DNA from: an uncultured delta proteobacterium
GTDB lineage: Bacteria; Myxococcota_A; Polyangia; Polyangiales; Polyangiaceae
DNA: 64,000 bases
Assembly: GCA_963716725.1 (NCBI GenBank)
Contig: CAVQUB010000011.1
Span: forward strand, 416,001-480,000
Direction: 5' to 3'
The notes under the pieces were generated by a model. It was not told the origin of the DNA. It did not search any database and saw only the letters and a program-made list of their open reading frames with translations. How positions within the stretch are numbered: position 1 is the stretch's first letter; each line of letters begins with the position of its first letter. Shown here one piece after another: positions 1 through 8,662 of the stretch. A program made the translations under genes and the position numbers.

Positions 1-31
1 GACGAGGGCCGAGGTTGAGGCACGAGAAGGC

Positions 32-589
32 ATGGCCGCGAGCGCCTCGCCTAGCATGAATCCGGACGAGTCGGTGAACTCGGCGCCTGGTCTCCGCGGT
101 GGAAACGTGATTTCATCTTCGCGCGTGCGTATTCCGAGAGGCGTTTGGACCGTGGTCAAGGAGGTCGCGCGCCACGTCTTGCGCCGGCCGGTGACGGGGA
201 TCGCCGCCGCGGCGCGGACCGCGGACGGACGCTGGCTCTTGATCCGTCGCACGGACACCGGCGAGTGGGCGCTGCCGGGAGGCACACTGGAATGGGGCGA
301 GCGCTTGCGCGACGCCATCGTTCGGGAGCTCGGGGAGGAGGCCGGCGTGGACGTCGTCGACCTCGGGCAGGTCGCAGGTGTGTACTCGGATCCCGATCGA
401 GACTTGCGCTTCCACGCGGTGACCATCGTCGTCCATGCGCTCGTCACCGAACCGTCGCGCCCACCGATGAACCCGATGGAGGTGAGCGAGGTTGCGTTGT
501 TCGAGACCGCCGATCTGCCGCAGTCACTGGCTCACGGCATGACGCGCATGCTCCAGGACGCCGCCGCCGGGGAGCCGACCTGGGAGTGA
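32..589 (+). CDS. NUDIX hydrolase
   Basis: Nudix box GGTLEWGERLRDAIVRELGEEAG, followed by the GVYSDPDRD motif. The true start may be downstream of 32. Confidence 0.9.
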   Translation: MAASASPSMNPDESVNSAPGLRGGNVISSSRVRIPRGVWTVVKEVARHVLRRPVTGIAAAARTADGRWLLIRRTDTGEWALPGGTLEWGERLRDAIVRELGEEAGVDVVDLGQVAGVYSDPDRDLRFHAVTIVVHALVTEPSRPPMNPMEVSEVALFETADLPQSLAHGMTRMLQDAAAGEPTWE

Positions 590-636
590 CCTCGAGCCCC
601 TACCCGCCGCGCTCGACCCGTGGCAGGGTTTCGTCC

Positions 637-1815
637 ATGCCGCTCTGGCGCGCAATTTGGCCGTTGCTCATCCTCCCGCTCGCCGCGGGTTGCGGCCTGT
701 TCAAACAGCTCGAGGTCGACTCGCCTGGCAACTGGGTTCAGAAGCCGAGCAACGTCGCCGTCGCCCTTTCCGTCAGCGACGGCGACACCCCCATCACGGA
801 TCTGACCGAACAGAGCTTCGCGATCTACGAGAACGAGCAGCTCGTCTCCACCGACGACTCCAAGCAGGTGTTGCTCGATCGCGAACTCGCGGCTCACTTC
901 CGAACGCTGCTTCTGGTGGACATGTCGAGCGCCAAAGACGAGGCCACGCGCACTCGCGTCGCGCGCGGCGTTGCGAGTTTCGTCGAAGCAGTCCGCAAGA
1001 CCCAGGCCGTGAGCGTCTACGCCTTCGACGGCTCCGCGGACCTCGCTGCCATCGGAGAGTTCGCAAGAGGCGAAGAGGGCCCAAAAGAGCTGCCGGCGCT
1101 GGCGGGCTACGCGAGCCGTGACCCCTCCCGCAATCTGAACGGCGCGGTGAAGCGCGGCCTCGATGAGCTGGGCGCGCGCCTGATGACCCAGCAGAAGTCG
1201 GTGCGCATCGGCACGCTGGTCGTCGTGACGGCTGGGCCCGACAAGGCCGGTCGTCAGAGCGCCGAGCAGCTCCAGCAAGCGGTCGATGGTTCGCCGTACC
1301 AAATCCTCGTCGTCGCGGTCGGGAACGAAAACGCCTACGACGTCAGCGCCATTTCCAAGTCCGGCACGCTCTGGGCGCCGTCCCTTGCCGGCTTGGGGCC
1401 GACCCTCGCCGATGCGGCCAGCAAGGTCGGGGACCTGATGGAGCGTCACTACCTGCTCTCGTACTGCTCGCCCGCGCGGGCGGGCGTGCGACGCGTTCGC
1501 ATCGAGGTCACGCGCATCGGCACCGAGGGCGACGAACGCAAGGGCAACATCGAGTTCGAGATCGACTCCACCGGCTTCGGTCCCGGCTGTGATTCGTCGA
1601 CGCCTCCGAAAGCGGGAGCTGCCGCGGGCGCAAAAGACGACCCGTCGGGGGGCGACGGCAAGAAGCCCGACGACAAGCCCAACGAAGCGACGGCCGGCGA
1701 CAAGAAGAGCGGCGACAAGAAGAGCGGCGACAAGAAGGGCGACGGCAAGCAGGGCGGCGACGAGTTCGTCCCGCCGCCGAACAAACCCGGCTACGCGCCG
1801 ACCCCGACCAAGTGA
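637..1815 (+). CDS. VWA-domain lipoprotein with Lys/Asp/Gly-rich tail
   Basis: The ATG at 637 gives a signal peptide and lipobox (LAAGC). LLVDMSS is a MIDAS-like motif. GDKKS repeats lie at the C-terminus. The ORF-track extension to 145 overlaps the NUDIX gene and was rejected. Confidence 0.75.
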   Translation: MPLWRAIWPLLILPLAAGCGLFKQLEVDSPGNWVQKPSNVAVALSVSDGDTPITDLTEQSFAIYENEQLVSTDDSKQVLLDRELAAHFRTLLLVDMSSAKDEATRTRVARGVASFVEAVRKTQAVSVYAFDGSADLAAIGEFARGEEGPKELPALAGYASRDPSRNLNGAVKRGLDELGARLMTQQKSVRIGTLVVVTAGPDKAGRQSAEQLQQAVDGSPYQILVVAVGNENAYDVSAISKSGTLWAPSLAGLGPTLADAASKVGDLMERHYLLSYCSPARAGVRRVRIEVTRIGTEGDERKGNIEFEIDSTGFGPGCDSSTPPKAGAAAGAKDDPSGGDGKKPDDKPNEATAGDKKSGDKKSGDKKGDGKQGGDEFVPPPNKPGYAPTPTK

Positions 1816-2180
1816 CCGGTCCCGGGCCGCGCGTGCGCGTCGAGCTGTTCGAGAGCGAGACGATCGTCGGGCGCGGACGCAAACAGGTCACCTACCTGTT
1901 GCGCGTGAACGACGCCTGGATCTTGGCGAGTGAGCACCCGGGCGCCGTTTCCGAGCGGCTCTCGTCGGGCCCGGGAACGGTCTGGGAGCGTCGCCTCGAG
2001 CTCGATCTACCAGTCGGAGCGCGGCTCTGCCGGGTGGTGAGTACTCCGCTGTCGGAACCCAGCCGTGACGCCCTGGAGTACCTCACCGATGCTCGCCGCG
2101 GACCACGCCGAACCACCCGACGGCGCGAGCTCGTGGTGGATCGACGCGGGGCGCTGGTGGACGCTCCTCCGAGCCGGTGA
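1812..2180 (+). CDS. hypothetical protein
   Basis: GTGA overlap with the upstream stop; 122 aa ORF with no recognised domain. Confidence 0.6.
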   Translation: MTGPGPRVRVELFESETIVGRGRKQVTYLLRVNDAWILASEHPGAVSERLSSGPGTVWERRLELDLPVGARLCRVVSTPLSEPSRDALEYLTDARRGPRRTTRRRELVVDRRGALVDAPPSR

Positions 2181-2250
2181 CCCGCGATACGCGCGGACTC
2201 CCCGTTGACCTGGTCGCCATCCCTTGCTCTGCTGCTTCGCGGAGGCTCTG

Positions 2251-3795
2251 GTGCGACGTGCGATCCCTATTCTCGCGACCCTGGTGACGCTCACGGCCGC
2301 GAGCGCTTCGCGCGCGTCGACGGCGCTCGAGTACCCCGACAACGGGGTGGCGCAGTTCTCCCGGGGCGGCGCCTGGCTGGCCACCGCCACCGATCCAATC
2401 GCGGGCTACTACAACCCCGCGGCTCTGGCGACGCAGGCCACGAGCTTCAGCATCGGGCTGAACCTCGCCTTCCAGAACGTCTGCTTCGAACGCAAGGGCC
2501 CGGACGGCACGGACATCGGTCCCAGCAAAGGCCTGACCGATCAGGGCATCACCTACGGGGAGGTCTGCAACTCGAACGCGGGGCATCCGAACCTCATCCC
2601 CAACGTCGCCTTCGTGTGGCGCGCCACCGAGCGCCTCGGGATCGGGCTCACCATCGTTCCGCCGTCGTCCTTTGGTCAGCTCGAGTGGCCCGACCTGGTG
2701 GCCATGCCCGAGAACCACTCGTCGGGCCGAACCGCGCCCACGCCCGCGCCGCAGCGCTACCTCTCGCTCTACACCAAGGGCACGATCCTGTTCCCAACCC
2801 TCTCGGTCGGCTACTCGGTCACCGATCGCTTCCACATCGGAGCCGGGTTCGTGGCCGGCATCGCCCTGCTCGAGTTCCGCTCGATGTCGATGGCAAACGT
2901 CGACTCGACAAACCCCTACGACCAATACACCCAGGACAGTCGCAGCCGCGTCCAAGCCCAGGACCTATTCGTGCCGGGTGTGGTCGCCAGCGCGTTGTTC
3001 GAGGCGACCGACCACCTCGACCTCGCCGCCTGGTATCGCTACAGCGACAAGATCCGCGCGAAGGGCGACCTCGAGGTGACGGCGCAGTATTACGACTCCG
3101 CCGGGCGTCGCAACCCAAAGGCCGAGGTCACCAAGAGCAAGGATCAGAAGGGTGCTGACGCCGCCAAGGTCGTGCTCACCCTGCCCATGGAAGCGCGCAT
3201 CGGCGCTCGCTGGCACATGCCGCTCGCAGCGCCCACCGGCCTCGATGCGGAGCGCTTCCGGAAGGACCGCCACCGCGTACGCGATCCCCTTCGGGACGAT
3301 CTCTACGATCTCGAACTCGATCTGACCTGGGCCAACAACGGCAGCGCCGAGGCCACCGAGATCCGCTTCCCGGAGGGCATCTTCGTGGCGAACCTCGGCA
3401 CCGTTCCGACCAATGCCGATCGCCCGACAGGCTGGCGTGACTCCTTCGGCGCGCGCCTGGGCATGCAGTACAACGCGATCCGAAACCGGATGGGCCTGCG
3501 TACCGGAACCTGGGTCGAGAGCAACGCCACGAAGGAGGAATACCTCTCGGTGACGGGGGTACCGGCGCTCCGCGGCGGGGTCGCGGTCGGCATGGTCCTG
3601 CGCATCCAGGGTGTGGATCTCGAGACCGGCTACCAGCACATCTGGAACGCGGGGCTCGACAACGAGGGCAACGGGAAGCAACGCGCCATCGCCGCGAGCG
3701 GCTCGCCGGACAGCCGCTCGCACCACGCCGTCAACGGCGGGAGCGTGACGCAGCACGCGAACGTATTCTCGCTCGGCGCCGTCGCGCGCTTCTAG
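2251..3795 (+). CDS. FadL/TodX-like outer-membrane transport beta-barrel
   Basis: GGAGG at 2241, then GTG at 2251. Signal peptide, SRGGAWLATATDPIAGYYNPAAL hatch motif and a C-terminal Phe. Confidence 0.8.
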   Translation: MRRAIPILATLVTLTAASASRASTALEYPDNGVAQFSRGGAWLATATDPIAGYYNPAALATQATSFSIGLNLAFQNVCFERKGPDGTDIGPSKGLTDQGITYGEVCNSNAGHPNLIPNVAFVWRATERLGIGLTIVPPSSFGQLEWPDLVAMPENHSSGRTAPTPAPQRYLSLYTKGTILFPTLSVGYSVTDRFHIGAGFVAGIALLEFRSMSMANVDSTNPYDQYTQDSRSRVQAQDLFVPGVVASALFEATDHLDLAAWYRYSDKIRAKGDLEVTAQYYDSAGRRNPKAEVTKSKDQKGADAAKVVLTLPMEARIGARWHMPLAAPTGLDAERFRKDRHRVRDPLRDDLYDLELDLTWANNGSAEATEIRFPEGIFVANLGTVPTNADRPTGWRDSFGARLGMQYNAIRNRMGLRTGTWVESNATKEEYLSVTGVPALRGGVAVGMVLRIQGVDLETGYQHIWNAGLDNEGNGKQRAIAASGSPDSRSHHAVNGGSVTQHANVFSLGAVARF

Positions 3796-3910
3796 TCCGC
3801 GGCCGGTCACCGACCTCGCGGGCAAAGACGCGGGGGACGCGGGGAACCCAGGGAAGATCCTCCTGGTTCGGGCACGCTCTCCTGCCTCAGATCCGCAGGA
3901 AAAGGGCGCG

Positions 3911-3957
3911 AAGCACAAAATAAAACAAGGGCGATCTGGTCACCCAGATCGCCCTTG
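3911..3957 (-). terminator. intrinsic terminator for a minus-strand transcript
   Basis: Perfect 14-bp stem (3926-3939 / 3944-3957) with a loop reading GUGA on the minus strand, followed on minus by TTTTATTTT. Confidence 0.8.
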
Positions 3958-5860
3958 GGAAGTCACCGTTTACCGGTGGTGGGCGGGACACGCCCCGAGC
4001 ATGTTTCAGCTTTTGCTATCACCGGTCTCCACTCCGCCGTTTGCATACGATCGGGGTGGCATCATCGCCTCAATGGGGGCTCCGCAAGACTCAGGCCCGT
4101 CGATTTCGCGGTCGCTTGGCCTGGTGCGGTGACAGGGTTGTTAGCCGCTGTCAGCTTCGGCGAAGAGTATTGTCGGCGCATCGCTCAGTCGGCCGGCTTT
4201 CGCCCACCGGAGCCTCGACGTGAACCGCGTTGTCGCGGTCACGGATGCTGACCCCCCGCGTCTCATCAACTGGAGGAGCCTTCACCAACGCATACCCTGC
4301 CTCTGATGTTCTCTGTCACCGCATGGGCACGGTCAGCAAGACCTCAGGCTCTCACTACCCGCTGGCTCGACCCGGCCGCCACTCGCTCGCGCGAGTACTC
4401 TTCCGAACCTGCATTGACCCTCACGGTCAGAACCGCGCTCGCGCCGAACGGTTTAAGAACAGCGCTGCACACGATCCAGAACACCTATCGTCGTATCTGC
4501 GACGCACGAGGTTTTACCCTCATGCTCAAAACCACCCGCTCAGTTGTTCACTTGAGCTGGTGACTCCGCGTACCCGTTCGCCCATCCGCTTTTCCGCGAC
4601 GCTCCGTCAAGAGCACCTCGGTTCCGGTCGAGCTATGCCGATTGTGACTCGTGCCTTTCGGCAGCCGAGTCCATCAGGCCAGAGATACGTCCGATCGACG
4701 ACTGCAATCCCACATTTCAAAAACGAGCACTCGTTGCTTCGCGTGGTTACCGAGTCGCTTTCCAGGGTTGCCCCTGGTGCGCTGCGATGAGTGAGGCGGT
4801 TCACGCCGCGTTCACTCGCTTCGGGCGGCGCTACCACCAGCGCAGCGAGTATTCTCCCCTCGCCGCTCCGTTGGAGCTCCGACTCCTCTGACGCTCCCGT
4901 CACCACCCAGACGTCACCGGCTCATTAGGCCAGCTTCACCCAGGCGACCGAGATCACTTCCACTGCCGCGATGCGTGAATTGCGACAGCTTTCGTGACCC
5001 GGAGCACCTTCCTCTGGCTAGGAGCCCTTCTCGGGCTCTTTGTTGGTCCCCGCGCTCGGCAGTGCCGAACGTCGACTCCAACTCACACCGTCCCTTCGCC
5101 CGCGGTGGAGATCATCCACCCTGAGCTAGGCCCCGTCCGCTCACCTCAGCCACAACCGAGGCTCGCCTCTCGAGCCAGACGCCGCTCACCAGATTCTGCA
5201 ACATTTCAACGCGAAACCCGAGCACACCAACGAACGACGTTTCCTCACCCGACGAGCCGCTTTCGCACCCTTCGTTGCCCGACACCGACCGAAGTCGACC
5301 CGAGCTGTGAGCAGCGCAGCACCGGAGAGCCTTTCTCTCGAACGACCCTCTGGCTGGCACCCCGAAGGCGCCTGCCGCACCGGCCGAGACACGGGGAGTT
5401 GGCTATGCGTGCTGCGACGCAGAGGCCCACTCAGCCACGTCTCGAACACCCCGCTGTCGTTGACTCACCGCTGGTCGAGCCTGAAGAGGACTGGAGCAGT
5501 CAGCTGGCCAACCGAGGCCTCCAATCTCACCGCCCGCGCGAACGGGTGGGGTGGTCCTGAAAGCCGGGGTGCCTTCGAATCTCGAGAAAGCCAAGACAGA
5601 GGCGCTACTCCGTCTGGCCGGGATGCCCCAATTTCCGAAGAATAGCTGGCCACGCGAGGTGGGCAGCTTGGGGTCACCCTCACGCCTTTTTCACCAGTCG
5701 TCTCGGTAGGCCTTTGACGGGTCCACTCGAGGCGACGGGCGGCGGCGTCCATCCACAGGCAGGCTTGCGACCCGCACGGCAGACAGTGCGCCACGGCGCT
5801 TCTGAAATTCTCTACGAACCGGTCGTTCGCCGGCAGATGTGCCGCGAACTTCCAAGGACC
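3911..5860 (-). ncRNA. putative very large structured non-coding RNA (or tandem RNAs), family unknown
   Basis: No credible ORF. Many hairpins with minus-strand GNRA/UUCG loops, nested helices, a repeated motif and a 3' terminator. The 5' boundary is a guess. Confidence 0.55.
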
Positions 5861-5918
5861 ATTAATGCTTCAGGTCGACTCTCTAAGCAACAAGAAAATC
5901 AGCGGAGATGCGATTTTA

Positions 5919-5950
5919 TTATCCACACAGTCAGTCACAGGTAATCCACA
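5919..5950 (+). promoter_or_regulatory. two DnaA boxes
   Basis: TTATCCACA at 5919-5927 (consensus) and TAATCCACA at 5942-5950 (one mismatch), inside an AT-richer patch. Confidence 0.5.
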
Positions 5951-6294
5951 GGCCCCCTTGCGGGGCCGAGCAGCATCTGATCGACGGCAGCTAACCGTTC
6001 GTATTCACGAAGTTATCCGGAGAGCAACGAGCTGGAAGCCCGCCCGGCGCGCACAAGAACATGCGTTGACTACTTCATTTGAATACCGATGCTATTCTCG
6101 TTTGAAATCCCGGGTCTCTTCTTCGACTGAAAGAGGGGGTAGGTGAATCCACTACCCAAGCGCCGCCCTCGGCCCGACGCCCCTTCGCGGGGCGCGGTCG
6201 CTCAGTCCGAGATCCCGGCGCACCCCAACCCACTTTGGTGACCGAGAGGCCGCGATTCGGTGGTACACCGCTGTTTCCGCGAGGAGGCTCCCTG

Positions 6295-6516
6295 GTGCCG
6301 CTGAACGTCGACACGCTGAAATCCGAGCGCGATAAGCTCAAAGAAGGTCTCCGCGAAATCGAAGCCGATCAGCGCAAGCTCGAGGCGGAGATCAAGGCGC
6401 TGCGCCAGCGCGAGCTCCAAGCCAAACGTGAGATCGAGGCGCTCAACGTGCTGCTCGAAATCCACGACGCCCGCGAGCCGAGCAAGAAGGCCCCGCCCAA
6501 GAAGCCGGAGGAGTGA
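6295..6516 (+). CDS. small coiled-coil protein
   Basis: GAGGAGG at 6281-6287, then GTG at 6295. Heptad-like charged helix LKSERDKLKEGLREIEADQRKLEAEIKAL. Confidence 0.75.
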   Translation: MPLNVDTLKSERDKLKEGLREIEADQRKLEAEIKALRQRELQAKREIEALNVLLEIHDAREPSKKAPPKKPEE

Positions 6517-8200
6517 CGCCCGAGCTCACTCGGGCGCTGGCAGCGCGCGGCAAGTGGCCCTCGGTGATCCGAATCGAACCGAGGCGCGAGGCGGAACCGC
6601 CGGGAGCGAAGCTGTCGACGAGCGGAGCGAGCCCTTCGACGCCCAGCGCAGCCGGCGGCTGGAGCGCCGTCCCCGCCGCCGCCAGCGACTCGACGTGGAG
6701 CGTCTGCGTCGGAAACGCGAAGCGAACCCCGAGGCTCTCGGCCAAGCGCAGGACTTCGAGCAAGATGTCGTGTCGGGTGACCAGCTCGTCGGACCATTCC
6801 GCAGCCTCGACGTAGCAGTGAAGTGTGACGTCGAGGGACGAGTTGGCGAGCCGACTCAGGTGCACCTCGAACTTGTCTTTGCGGGTCCGCTCCGACGCCC
6901 AGACGATAGCGCGGATCCCCTCGACAAAGGCCTCGATGCGCTCGACCGGGGTGTCGTAGGTCACGGAAAAAGTCTCCAGTATTCGGCGGTGTCGCCGCGC
7001 GCCCATGTTCTCGATCTTCGCCTCCGCCAGCCGGGCGTTGGGCAAGGTGACCAACGAGTCACCCAGAGTCCGGATGCGCGACGAGCGGAAGCCCACCTCT
7101 TCCACACGCCCCTCGACGTCCTCGACCTTCACGAGGTCGCCAATGCGAAAGGGTCGGTCGATGAAGATCATGACGCTCGCGAAGAAGTTCGCGATGGTGT
7201 CCTTGGCGGCCAACGCCATGGCGAGACCACCAATCCCAAGCCCCGCCAACAGCGAGCCAACGTCCACGTTCAGGTTCTGGAGCAGGACCAGCACCCCGAC
7301 GATAACCAAGACGATCTTCATTGAAGTGCGCACCAGCGGCACCATCTGGTCGTCGAGCCCCGATCCGGTCTGCTCGGCGCGCGTCGCCAGGTGTGCAGCC
7401 AACACGTCCACGAGTCGGTAGAGCGCGAGCACCAAGGCGACGATCACGCTGGCACGCAGCGCCGTCGAGAGCCCGAGTGCCACACCGAGCGGCAGCCCGA
7501 GCTGGGGATACGCGAGCCGCAACGTCAGCACTGCGAAGAGCATCGCACCGGGAGTCGCGAAAACCTTCACCAACTCTGCCGTCAGCCGCGCCCCTCGCCG
7601 CTCGGCGAAACCCGCCAGCCGGTGCTTCAGCACGAAGCGAATCAGCTGCCTGAGCACCAGCGCGACCAGCACGATCAGGGCCAAAGCCAGCCCCTGCCAG
7701 AGCTCCATGCCGAGCATTCGACCCCGGAGCCAGGGCGGCAAACGGCTCACGATGCCGTGCTTGCCCATCAGCAGTGAGTCTTCGTAGATCTCGTCTATGG
7801 CATCGAGGCTTGCCCGCGACCACCGCCACATGCCGTCGGCTTGCCTTTCAACCAAGATGTTGGGGAACGCCCCATGGGGCGCGATGGACGCTCGCCGCGT
7901 GTCGGGGTTCACCCAGCCCGGCTCGTCGCTAAAACGCGCGGTGTCGATCTTCAACGCGCGCGCTGCGTAGACGGTCTTGACGCGCTGCGCGCTCTCGCGG
8001 AGCTCGCTGGTCGAGCGTCCGGCGCGATCGAGACAGCGTGTGGCCTTGGCGGGGTTGTGGTGTTCCTCCGACAGCCAGCCGAACAACGAATCCACCGCGT
8101 CACGCGGAGACTTGCAGCTGGCTGGGGGCTCGGCAGACACGCTGAGCGGCGCAAGGACGGCTAGCAAAAACAGGACGAGACAATGGTGGATATGACGCAC
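6443..8200 (-). CDS. mscS: small-conductance mechanosensitive channel with periplasmic N-terminal domain
   Basis: LLAGLGIGGLAMALAAKDTIANFF, DRPFRIGD, VEEVGFRSSRIRT and FAFPTQT motifs, plus a signal peptide. Confidence 0.92.
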   Translation of the reverse strand: MRHIHHCLVLFLLAVLAPLSVSAEPPASCKSPRDAVDSLFGWLSEEHHNPAKATRCLDRAGRSTSELRESAQRVKTVYAARALKIDTARFSDEPGWVNPDTRRASIAPHGAFPNILVERQADGMWRWSRASLDAIDEIYEDSLLMGKHGIVSRLPPWLRGRMLGMELWQGLALALIVLVALVLRQLIRFVLKHRLAGFAERRGARLTAELVKVFATPGAMLFAVLTLRLAYPQLGLPLGVALGLSTALRASVIVALVLALYRLVDVLAAHLATRAEQTGSGLDDQMVPLVRTSMKIVLVIVGVLVLLQNLNVDVGSLLAGLGIGGLAMALAAKDTIANFFASVMIFIDRPFRIGDLVKVEDVEGRVEEVGFRSSRIRTLGDSLVTLPNARLAEAKIENMGARRHRRILETFSVTYDTPVERIEAFVEGIRAIVWASERTRKDKFEVHLSRLANSSLDVTLHCYVEAAEWSDELVTRHDILLEVLRLAESLGVRFAFPTQTLHVESLAAAGTALQPPAALGVEGLAPLVDSFAPGGSASRLGSIRITEGHLPRAASARVSSGVTPPASWAGPSCSARGRRGFRAAR

Positions 8201-8254
8201 GAGACCTCCGGCGGCTGGCAGCTTTCCAGACCGCGGCGCGCGCGTCCAAGCGGC

Positions 8255-8662
8255 TCAGAGCTTGGTCTTGCCCAGGGCCAGAATGGCGGCAAGCTCAGGG
8301 TCCGAGACGGGCACGACCGAGAGCCGCCCGCGGCGAACCAGGCCGAATTCGGCGAAGCGCGCGTCGGCCTTGATGGCAGCGAGGGTCACCGGCTCGACGA
8401 TGGGCCCGAGCGGGGCCAGGTCGATGGCAACCCAGGTGGTATCCCCCGGATCCGGGTACGCGGCCCGCGTGACCTTTGCCAACCCCACGACGCGACGCTC
8501 GTCGCCCGTATGGTAGACGAGGACGAGATCGCCTTTCTGGGTCGAACGCAGGTGGTTCTTCGCCGCGTGATTGCGGATGCCGTCCCAGACGGTCTTCTTG
8601 TCGCGCAGGAGATCGGCGAAGCAATATGTGCCCGGCTCGGTCTTGAGCAGCCAGGTTGCCAT
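8255..8662 (-). CDS. EVE domain protein
   Basis: WLLKTEP, WDGIRNHAAKN, GDLVLVYHTG and RLSVVPV motifs. Confidence 0.92.
   Translation of the reverse strand: MATWLLKTEPGTYCFADLLRDKKTVWDGIRNHAAKNHLRSTQKGDLVLVYHTGDERRVVGLAKVTRAAYPDPGDTTWVAIDLAPLGPIVEPVTLAAIKADARFAEFGLVRRGRLSVVPVSDPELAAILALGKTKL

Noticed and set aside
4219..4805. 10-bp complement CGTGAACCGC (4219-4228) / GCGGTTCACG (4796-4805)
   Set aside because: One such match is expected by chance in a region this size. It is a possible pseudoknot but is unsupported.
3911..5860. rRNA, tmRNA, RNase P RNA, SRP RNA or group II intron as the identity of the gap
   Set aside because: By eye I found no universal rRNA motifs, tRNA-like ends, exact GAGGAAAGUCC core, domain V or RT ORF. 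An Rfam scan is needed to exclude these formally.
3955..6146. Short ORFs in the large intergenic gap (e.g. 4230-4790, 4994-5560)
   Set aside because: Arg/Ser/Pro-rich, no domains, mostly non-ATG starts, and lacking the G/C third-position bias of the real genes.
6443..6516. 74-bp convergent overlap of mscS and the coiled-coil gene
   Set aside because: Low-information C-terminal run-on, common in GC-rich genomes or due to an indel.
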